DNA of 63,091 nucleotides, the filler included, from Corallochytrium limacisporum Hawaii (lineage: Eukaryota > Protista > Pluriformea): assembly GCA_002811645.1 (NCBI GenBank). It is 4 parts of 4 records of this genome, joined end to end, with 100 filler letters (N's around TTAATTAATTAA, not from the genome) between each part and the next. Parts side by side here need not be neighbours in the genome. Positions count along the whole stretch, not along the records: positions 27,511 to 39,235 come from PDIP01000032.1; positions 39,336 to 63,091 come from PDIP01000096.1; 2 more parts are not named here. One strand, written 5' to 3'. The notes below the pieces were generated by a model, which worked only from the letters and a program-made list of their open reading frames with translations, made no database searches and was not told where the DNA came from. Position 1 is the stretch's first letter; each line of letters starts with the position of its first letter. The position numbers were made by a program, and so were the translations under genes. Shown here piece by piece: positions 34,742 to 43,778 of the stretch.

Positions 34742-35301
34742 GGTTTCTTGGATTTCACCTCGAAACAGCAACTGCTGTGACCATTCAGATAAGCATGCAC
34801 CTGTAGCTGGTACCGGTTTCTACCGTTCCAAATACCCAATGAGAATAGCACCTCGTGCAAAAGCAGGGCATTCGCACGGGAGCCCACCGGCCTAGGTCGT
34901 CTACCCACCGGTGTCTTGAAAGGGTGGGGGAGGGTGAGAGACCCCACCTGGTCGGTGTCCCGGCGATTCGGGCCCGTGGGCACCGGGGTCGATGGCCAGG
35001 AACTGTTCTAGTTTTGGGAATGTGGTGGTATTTAAAACACTTGATCCCGTCAAAGCCACAAAACTCATCACGGATTTTGCTGTGCTTATGAAAGGTCCAA
35101 AAATTATGGTGATTTGGAAGCTAAATAACGACACCTGAAGCGAGATAGACTCCCAATATCCTTCTTTAAATGCTTGCAGCAGTCCGCAGAGGACGACACT
35201 CCAAGGAAAGCACATCCAACCTCATAGATAGGTGCGTGAGGTATGTGCGCACAACATTAGTAACAAGCAAGAGCACTAGGGATAGAAAGCAGCAAGAGGA
35301 C

Positions 35302-37320
35302 ATGTCCATCTACAGAGTAGAAGAAGACGTAGGGATCACTGAGTACGCCAGTCCCAATGCTCCAGTGGTCCATGGTGTATTGAAGCAACGTATTGACGAC
35401 TTCATCGTCAGAGAGATCACACTAGACCGTAAGATTGTGCGTCTGACTGATACCACGACGATACCCAAGGAAGATATTGAGTATGCAAAGCAGACAGCGA
35501 GCGCAACGGAGGAGGACCGCGACAAGCTAAAGGCCTCGTTCCGTGCTGCAATTGACTCCTGCGGATCGGAGGCTGATCATTCAGCTGAAACGTGCCTCGA
35601 ACAGCTGCAGAGTCTGCAGGACAGTGAAGATCGAGAGGAAGAGATCGTACTCCCCTATCCTTCGGACAAACAGCAGCGCAAGCATATCCATATGGCTATT
35701 CGCTCACTGTTTGGGGGCAAGATGGAATCCGAGGCCAGCACTGTTGGTGACACCCAGCGCATCAAGGTCTTTAAAGGTGGTAAGCGGCAAAAAGGTGAGA
35801 GCAGAAGTGGGTCTGGTGGCCGAGGTAGTGGACGGTTCGACAAACGCAAGAATAATCTCAATCGGGATCCCAACCGTGCCAAGTACTTGCAGATGGTGCT
35901 CTACAAGAAGGGTATGGACATGGCAGGCGCCATGTCCACACTGGCCCACACTCTGAAGCGATCGAACCACAAGGTCACCTTCGCGGGCACCAAAGACAAG
36001 CGTGGGTGTACTGTGCAGTATGTCACAGTGCCCAACGTCAATGCCACTGACGCGATCAAGATCAATGAGCCACAGGGGTGGAGGCTACGAGTCGGTAACT
36101 TCTCGTACACCAATAACCCGCAGGTCATGGGACACCTAGGTGGTAATTTCTTTGAAATCACCCTTCGAAATGTCGGCTGTTCTGAAAATGAGGCCATCGA
36201 GGCCATCGAGGCCCTGAGCAAGAACGGGTTTATTAACTACTTCGGCTTGCAACGCTTCGGTACAGGAGCCATGGGTACCCACGAGTCCGGGCATGCCATC
36301 CTAAAGAAAGATTGGAATGCATTTCTCGATGGTTTGTTGGGACCACCTCCGGAAGTTGCGGAAGAGAAAGATACCGGTGAAGAGGCAGACAAGGAAACGG
36401 CAGACAAGGAAACGGCAGACAACGCGGCGGCAAAGAAAGGTGACAAAAATGGAACCAACGGTAAGGACGACGTCAATGACGACCACGACGACTCTGGGGA
36501 GGCCACTGGTGCCATCAAACTACGGGCCATCCGTGAAGACGAACTGAAGGCGCGGCAGCAGTGGATCGAGACTCGGAATCCAAAGACAGTTTACGATCTC
36601 TTCCCGTCACGCTGTGGCACAGAGCGTCGGATGCTCTATCAGCTCCAGCGTCAGGGCAAGAAACAGGACGCTTGTTGGTGGGCTCTGCAGGCCTTGCCTA
36701 AGAGCAATTGGCTTATGTACCTACATGGTTTCCAGAGCTTCCTCTGGAACCGAGCTGCGAGCGAGCGAATTAAGCGGTACGGAGTCAAAGCTGTGGTTGG
36801 AGATCTTGTACTCGTTCCACGAGGAAGAGCTGAGAAATTTGGTCTCGCTGAAGTCAAATTCATCGAATCAGAGGAAGAAGCTGCACAGACCCCGCTGTCC
36901 TCTATTGTTCTGCCTGTGCCAGGCCATGCGGTACAGTACCCTAAGCATTCTATCGGAAACCTCTTTGATCATATGATCAAGGAGACGGGCGTCGATCTGA
37001 ACAGCCGTAGTACCATGCAAGGCATGTCTCTGCGTGGAGACTACCGCCAGCTCTTTGTGGTTCCAACTGATGTCGATTTCGACTACGTGAGTTACGATGA
37101 GAAAATGGCGAAGTTGGCACGTGATGACTTGGATATTCTCGAGAACGTCCCATCCGAGGCACGGGAGGACCTTGATGGCCACTATAAGGCCATTATTCTG
37201 CGCTTTGGCCTTCCCTCTGGAACTTACGCGACCATGCTTATTCGAGAACTCATGAAAACGAGTTCATCTGCGCTCCACCACATTGGCTTAGGTAAGGAAG
37301 CCTCTAAACTCGCACAGTAA
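35302..37320 (+). CDS. PUS7: TruD-family pseudouridine synthase. An in-frame upstream ATG lies at 35170.
   Basis: GVLKQRIDDFIVRE, catalytic FAGTKDKRGCTVQ, GFINYFGLQRFG, HGFQSFLWN, FGLPSGTYATMLIRE. Confidence 0.96.
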   Translation: MSIYRVEEDVGITEYASPNAPVVHGVLKQRIDDFIVREITLDRKIVRLTDTTTIPKEDIEYAKQTASATEEDRDKLKASFRAAIDSCGSEADHSAETCLEQLQSLQDSEDREEEIVLPYPSDKQQRKHIHMAIRSLFGGKMESEASTVGDTQRIKVFKGGKRQKGESRSGSGGRGSGRFDKRKNNLNRDPNRAKYLQMVLYKKGMDMAGAMSTLAHTLKRSNHKVTFAGTKDKRGCTVQYVTVPNVNATDAIKINEPQGWRLRVGNFSYTNNPQVMGHLGGNFFEITLRNVGCSENEAIEAIEALSKNGFINYFGLQRFGTGAMGTHESGHAILKKDWNAFLDGLLGPPPEVAEEKDTGEEADKETADKETADNAAAKKGDKNGTNGKDDVNDDHDDSGEATGAIKLRAIREDELKARQQWIETRNPKTVYDLFPSRCGTERRMLYQLQRQGKKQDACWWALQALPKSNWLMYLHGFQSFLWNRAASERIKRYGVKAVVGDLVLVPRGRAEKFGLAEVKFIESEEEAAQTPLSSIVLPVPGHAVQYPKHSIGNLFDHMIKETGVDLNSRSTMQGMSLRGDYRQLFVVPTDVDFDYVSYDEKMAKLARDDLDILENVPSEAREDLDGHYKAIILRFGLPSGTYATMLIRELMKTSSSALHHIGLGKEASKLAQ

Positions 37321-37414
37321 ACGTCAATGACGAGAAATAAATAGAACCAACGCAATCTAATCAAAGATGTATGAAATGGATGATGAGTGGTCAAGTAAAA
37401 AAAGTCGCTAACAT

Positions 37415-38530
37415 TCACACACGTTCAAAAATACAGTACATGGCCTGGTTGCCAAACATAGATGTTCCCTCCGTCTGACCGACAGGTCCAATCTCTCCGT
37501 CTTGCAATGGCCCAATCTCTCCGAAGGTGTAGACTCCGATCAAAGGCGGTGCCTTGTCTTTGTCTTCTCCCACTGCCATCCGCCATGCCTGCTGGTCGAC
37601 CACGGAGTCCTTGCGACTGATACAGGAAAACACAAAGCCACCCAGAACGTTCTTTGAAGTTGCTCTGATGACGCCCGCGGTGTAATCCACATCGTCCTCC
37701 CAACTCTTGCAGACGTGGATTCGTGTCCGTTCCTTGGTGGTCCTTAGCAAAACAACCTGTACGTCCCGCACACCTTCCACCACCTTGTGATTGGTGAAGG
37801 TTCGGTCCTTAATGTCTGGCAGTACACCACCAATTTTTGGTACTGTGGCCCCGAAAATATCATCGAGCTTGTGCAAGAGTACATGCGGCACATCCATACC
37901 AGCCATCAGTACGAACACAGCATCTGGATTCCAATGCTCGTACGGTTCAACCGCTTTTTGTACTACGGACTCTCTTGACACAGATCCCGTGATTGTGAAC
38001 GTCTCCACCTCCAGGTCCGAATAATTGGCCCACATCATGGCTCCCACACAGGGATCTGGAAGTTCATAGTCCAGATCCGGATATGAACAATCAATCACCT
38101 CGCCACTGCAGCTGAAGAACGGGGTATGCTCTGGCAGCAATTCAGCCACCTTCTCCTTCAGCAAACTTACTTCCTGGTTGTGTTGCAGTTCGTACATTGT
38201 GTTCGTGGTATCAGTCTGGAATACCATACAGGCAAACGTCGGTTTCAGTCTCCGGCCTTTGAGATTGGGAAAGATCATGTCTCGAGCCTTACTTCCGTCT
38301 CCTTCGTAATTGCGGATGAAGTTTGCCCTGGTGGTAGGTGTGTCATCGTACATTTTGTAGACCATATCCCTCAATTCCTTACATGTACAGGAAATCTCTG
38401 CTAGGGTGGCCTCATCGTAAACAAAGCCCATGATGTGACGCACAAGCTCCATGGGGAGCCCTTTTGCAAAGACTGCCATGGCTGCTCCTGAGCCGTTCGC
38501 AGCGGACGGTACCATCAATTTCTCTCCCAT
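37415..38530 (-). CDS. F-box + FIST-C protein (FBXO22-like)
   Basis: F-box (LPMELVRHIMGFV...LAEISCTCKELR). FIST-C signature (GFVFSCISR...PLIGVYTFGEIG). Confidence 0.8.
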   Translation of the reverse strand: MGEKLMVPSAANGSGAAMAVFAKGLPMELVRHIMGFVYDEATLAEISCTCKELRDMVYKMYDDTPTTRANFIRNYEGDGSKARDMIFPNLKGRRLKPTFACMVFQTDTTNTMYELQHNQEVSLLKEKVAELLPEHTPFFSCSGEVIDCSYPDLDYELPDPCVGAMMWANYSDLEVETFTITGSVSRESVVQKAVEPYEHWNPDAVFVLMAGMDVPHVLLHKLDDIFGATVPKIGGVLPDIKDRTFTNHKVVEGVRDVQVVLLRTTKERTRIHVCKSWEDDVDYTAGVIRATSKNVLGGFVFSCISRKDSVVDQQAWRMAVGEDKDKAPPLIGVYTFGEIGPLQDGEIGPVGQTEGTSMFGNQAMYCIFERV

Positions 38531-39335
38531 AATGGCTGGCTTGCCAAAGCAGCCATCATCCAATGGTTGGATTAGCAAATGTAAGTATTATCTTATTTGA
38601 CTTCTGATGTACCTACTCCCGGACGTTTTGCACGCACACCGAGCTGCGTTGACGTCCGACCTTTAACGCATCGCCCCCGACCTCCCGCGATCTTGCGCCG
38701 GGCAGGGGAGCGGCGGGGGCAGGGAGGGGTCACGACTCTGGCGTTTCTCCGTGTGGAAATCTGTAATCGCAGAATGTAATAATCCAACTATCCACACAAC
38801 ACTGCACATCTAAACCCACTGACGCAAATGACCGTACCGGACTGGGGTCGTGATGCGATATAAAGCTCCAAGAGACCGGCGAAGGTTCTTTCCCTTTGTC
38901 CTTCCCGGAGGTTCTGTGAGCTTTTTTGGTTTCTTCTTCTGGGGTGATATGCCCGGGGCAAAAGGAATGTGGACATATCAGACGGCGATTTCGTCTGTTT
39001 TGTCAATAGTTTTCAAACCCCCTGAATGCGTGTACCGTTCGGCTGCTTTCCCTGTGGACAGTGACCCCCGGGGTGGGGTTTTTGATTAGCAGGGGCACCC
39101 CAACGAGTAGTAACGTCGATTTACTTCTCTGGGAAGCGGGGCCCATTTTAGCAAATTGCGAGGAACAGCGGGGACGACTGCGACTTGGCGCCCCCCCCCC
39201 CCACCCATTTTCTTCCAGTTCACCATTATTCGCATNNNNNNNNNNNNNNNNNNNNNNNNNNNNNNNNNNNNNNNNNNNNTTAATTAATTAANNNNNNNNN
39301 NNNNNNNNNNNNNNNNNNNNNNNNNNNNNNNNNNN

Positions 39336-39466
39336 AAGATTGGCACAGTTATACATTCGAGGGTGCTGAGTTCGAATCTGTCAAAATTTTCCCGCTCTCC
39401 CAAGCGACGGCAGAGCTAAATCAAAATGAGTAGATTTGATACAATATTCTCAGACAGAGGGTGGTA
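39336..39466. mobile_element. Second copy of the type A TA-flanked element end
   Basis: Near-identical to 1-108 and starts at a contig boundary. Confidence 0.7.
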
Positions 39467-42154
39467 CCGAAAATGGGTACGATCGGTCCATACACACTTA
39501 CACACGCGCAGGGTCTACTTTCCTTTTGCTCTAGAGTCTGTGGTGGGGGGGCTGTGATTATAAAATGTATGCAGCGCAACCGTAAGAATGGGACGGGTTG
39601 GGCTGCTGCATTGCGTTCTCTCTCTACTCACTCCACAAACCCCCACCGCCCAAACAAAAACAAAAAATTTGAAAGAAACCACCAAAATTGTTAACCAAGA
39701 AAAACTGGGAGGGGCTTAGAGAACTTTTTATCGGGACGGAATGGGCCGTGTCTTCAAATTTTTCCTCACCTGAAATCCCTCAGATCTGGCCAAATGAAGA
39801 GATACGACGTCCCCTTCTGGTGGAGAACGCCTTGGGCACGGTCACATTTATGACTTCAACCTTCTCTCCGTTCCCTGTTTTATTTTTGTTGTGTCTTCAT
39901 CATTGGTCCGAAGAGGAATGCCCTCTCGGAGAAAGTCTTGCATTTCCTGTCCACGCTCCGAAACCACCACCACCCCCCCCCGTCCCTTAGCCAACTCTCA
40001 CACACTCACACGCAAGCAAACGTGAGCAAAAGCCCTTGAGCACACACACACAGCCACCGGAATCTCGTGGTGCTCATCACCCTTCTGCTTTATTCGTCAG
40101 GACCGTGGGTTCTCTTTCCCAGCTTCTGGCGATTGTCGCCCGCGGCGCGGATCTTGAAGGTCCAGCAAAAGATTTCCAGACATGGAATCGCTTTCCTGCA
40201 ACGCAGTGGCACACGAGCTATGGCCGGCGCAAATAGGCACGCTGGATATGGTGTGTGGCCTGGCATGATTGCTGAGGTGGCCACCATCCATTTGCCGATG
40301 ATATGGACCTGCCCATCGTCTCCCGGGAGAGAGCGCCCTAGCCCCAAGCGGTGTGTACCCACAATTCCAGTACCAGAGTAGTGCATATGCCATGGTCAGG
40401 CCATCGTAGAACAGGGACCATCATCGTCAATGTGTTGCTCACTCATTGGCTCTCTTGCTGTGGCGGTTTATCTGTCGATTTAATACTGCTGCCACCCCGA
40501 AGAGTATCACCGCCTGCCCAGCAAAAAATACATAGTGCATACTCTGACTACCAGAGTCCAATCATTGCCAATTCTCCCCTCGTTGCGTCACACCGTCGGT
40601 GGTACCCTAAGTTTGGGAAAATTACAGAGATTGGAGGCTCTGATATGGGCGGGCCGGTAAACATTTTCACGGACCAGAGAATTTCCAGAGCTTGAGTTGA
40701 GACGGAGTTCAAAATGTACAGCCAGCACCCCCTTTTCTTAATCTAACGGACCACTGTTTTCACCATGGGAGAGGGGGGGGGGCTGGCTCGTTTGCGCTGT
40801 TTATAGCTTCCCGTCAGCCACCCAGCATCCGTTGGGCAATTTCCCTCGGTTCGGAAGGAGGTTTGTGATGCCAATTGTGCCAAAACAAAAAAAAAAACTC
40901 TGCACAGCCAACCCACCCACACACACACACTTACACACACAAACACCCACAAGAGCCTACCACCCACCCACCCTACTCCGAGGCACCCCGTGTCTGGCAA
41001 GTGTTTTGGTTGGAGAACCCCCCCTCGTCGCCCCTACCCTTTTAGATCGAACTCGTGGGTTTTTAACGCAGAGTGCGACCAGTTCTGTGCTGACTCTGTG
41101 CATTCCGGTTCGGTTCGAACGGGTTGGTCACTTGAGTATCGGGAGAGATTGGTGGGGAAGGGGGGGGGGGCGGTTAAGCGGGCGAGACTGGCCCCTCTCA
41201 GACACCACTCTCATTACTGCAGAAACTCCATCTCGTTTCTGCTCCTGTGCTCATGCGTGGATGGCATTCTGTAGCGGAGCCCGGGGATCCAAACATTGGG
41301 CCCAGATGAACAAGCCACATCCTTCATCTGCTCCGTTTGGTTGTTGTGATCTCAAAAGACAACGAGCCCAAAAGAAAAGAGAAGAAAATTGTTTTCTCCA
41401 CTGAGCGATTTCGGGGTGCCGTGTTGCCTTTGTGTTTAGAACATCCGCGGCGTCAAATTGTTTTCAATCGCGCCAACGGACACTGAACCCCGTGTACAGA
41501 TAAAAGTAATCGGGATCACGGCCCAACCTCCATCGACCACCAACCACCACCGCTACACGCGCCCCACCTCCGCCGGTTACCATCACAGAGGTGCATCATC
41601 TCATCGGGTTGGAAGGAGAACAATATTTTTTTTTTTGCCCAAAGGTTTTTGGGGATTCCATTTTGTAACTGTGTAAAAAAGCGGCGGGGGTTGGGGGTTA
41701 GGCAGGGGCACACCAGTCAAAAAAGTTAGGTTCAGGGGGGGGCCAGTTGGTGTTTTTACTTATTTTAATATCTTTTGGACCGGACGGGTCGTCTAGGCAA
41801 GTTGACACTGGGTACCACCAGGGAAGTGGGGGGGGGCAGTGGGTTGGATACACAAGTGCCCCTCCAACTTCCTTGCTGGGTTCGAACTTTGTGTGTTGTG
41901 CTTTTTCTATTTGTTTTTGTTCGCGACTCCGTCAGACTCTCTGCATGTGCCACAGGAGGAAGGAAGTGGACCGGTGTTGTTTGCTGGAGCAACTGTGAGC
42001 GTTGGAGTCGATTCTTGCGCCGTGAGAAGTGCCGTCCTGTCTGCGTTGGCACCGATCAGGTATATAAGGGATCCTTACCTATTGCACCCAATGTCCTTGC
42101 TCCGTGGAAACATACAACTTTTGGATATCGTTTGTGCGTTACAGCTGTCCAAAT

Positions 42155-43603
42155 ATGAAGAAGTTTATCGCAGTCTTCCTGGCCGTTGTGGCCTTGTTTG
42201 CCGTGGCTCACGCCGCTGAGTTCCCGGAGGAGGAGGATGTCCTTGTCCTCAGTGCCGAAAACTTTGATGATGCCCTCAAGGAGTTCCCTTACATTCTGGT
42301 TGAGTTCTATGCCCCGTGGTGCGGTCACTGCAAGAAGCTGGCTCCCGATTATGCTGCCGCTGCTGGTGAGCTGAAGACTCAGACTGAACCCGTAATCAAG
42401 TTGGCTAAGGTCGATGCCACTGAGCAGGAATCTCTTGCCACTCGTTTCGGTGTCCGCGGCTACCCTACCCTCAAGTTCTTCAAGAGCGGTAATGAGGTCG
42501 AGTACACTGGTGGTCGCACTAAGCCTGAGATTATCAACTGGCTGAACAAGAAGACCGGTCCCGTTGCTACCCCCGTCAACACCCCCGCTGAGCTTGAGGA
42601 ATTGCAGGGCAAGCACGAAGTTGTTGTTGTCGGTTTGTTCAAGGACGAGGAGTCCGATGCCGCCAAGAACTTCCTGGCTGTCGCTGACATGACTGAAGAT
42701 GTGCACTTTGTCATCTCCAAGCATGACGATGTCCACGGTCACCTGAAGTCTGAGGAAGGCAAGATTGTCCTGCTCAAGAACTTCGATGAGAAGCGCAACG
42801 ACTACGAAGGTGAGCACTCCGCTTCCGCCCTGTCCTCCTTCATTGCCGGCAACTCCCTGCCCACTCTTATTGAGTTCACTGAGGAGTCCGCCAAGAAGGT
42901 CTTCGGTGGTGAGATCAAGCGCCACTCTCTGCTGTTCGTTAACAAGGCCGACGACGGGTTCGCTACTCTGCTTGAGGGCTACGGTGAGGCTGCCAAGGAC
43001 TTCAAGGGTGAGGTTCTGTACATCTACTTGGACACTGACAACGCTGCCACCAGCAACGTCTATGAGTTCTTCGGTATCGACCGCAATGCCCTTCCCACCA
43101 TCCGCTACATCGACATGGGTGGTGCCGACATGGTCAAGTTCGCCCCTGAGCTGAGCGGCACCGACACTGCTGCTTTCAAGGATGCCTGCCGTAAGTTCGT
43201 GAACGGTGAGCTGAAGCCTCACCTTAAGTCCGCAGAGGCCCCCGAGGACTGGAACAAGACCCCCGTGTGGACTTTGACTGGCTCTGTCTGGGAAGAGGCC
43301 AAGGCCCTGGGCAAGGACCTGTTTGTTGAATTCTACGCTCCGTGGTGCGGTCACTGCAAGAAGCTGGCACCTATCTGGGATGAACTCGGTGAGAAGTACA
43401 AGGACAACGACAACGTGATTATCGCCAAGGTTGACGCCACCGAGAACGAGTTCGAGGACGTCGCCATCCGCGGCTTCCCCACTCTGAAGTTCTGGCCTGC
43501 TGGCTCTGACAGCGCCATGGACTACAACGGTGACCGCACTCTGGAGGAACTCATTTCGTTCTTGAAGACTAACGTCAAGGCTGCCAAGTCCGATGAGCTG
43601 TAA
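42155..43603 (+). CDS. PDI: Protein disulfide isomerase (a-b-b'-a')
   Basis: Signal peptide MKKFIAVFLAVVALFAVAHA, two EFYAPWCGHCK sites, C-terminal SDEL ER-retention signal. Confidence 0.98.
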   Translation: MKKFIAVFLAVVALFAVAHAAEFPEEEDVLVLSAENFDDALKEFPYILVEFYAPWCGHCKKLAPDYAAAAGELKTQTEPVIKLAKVDATEQESLATRFGVRGYPTLKFFKSGNEVEYTGGRTKPEIINWLNKKTGPVATPVNTPAELEELQGKHEVVVVGLFKDEESDAAKNFLAVADMTEDVHFVISKHDDVHGHLKSEEGKIVLLKNFDEKRNDYEGEHSASALSSFIAGNSLPTLIEFTEESAKKVFGGEIKRHSLLFVNKADDGFATLLEGYGEAAKDFKGEVLYIYLDTDNAATSNVYEFFGIDRNALPTIRYIDMGGADMVKFAPELSGTDTAAFKDACRKFVNGELKPHLKSAEAPEDWNKTPVWTLTGSVWEEAKALGKDLFVEFYAPWCGHCKKLAPIWDELGEKYKDNDNVIIAKVDATENEFEDVAIRGFPTLKFWPAGSDSAMDYNGDRTLEELISFLKTNVKAAKSDEL

Positions 43604-43778
43604 ATGTTCTAAAACATCAGCATTGTCGATTAACTTAAACTTTACTTTTTAAACATGTTGTAGACCATACAAAGAGTAATGAAAACCATTACAGATTCAT
43701 CATTTGGGCATCCGTGCTCACATCATATAAATCAGCCTCAGAATGACAGTTTTAATATTTGGCGAAATTGTGAAGAGT

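Noticed and set aside
36383-36425. 15-nt tandem repeat in PUS7 (ADKET x2)
   Set aside because: In-frame slippage in an acidic loop, with no further significance evident.
42056-43354. 432-aa antisense ORF over PDI (also antisense ORFs over GDH and 61389-62261 over the dioxygenase)
   Set aside because: Shadow of strong codon bias in highly expressed genes, with no protein motifs.
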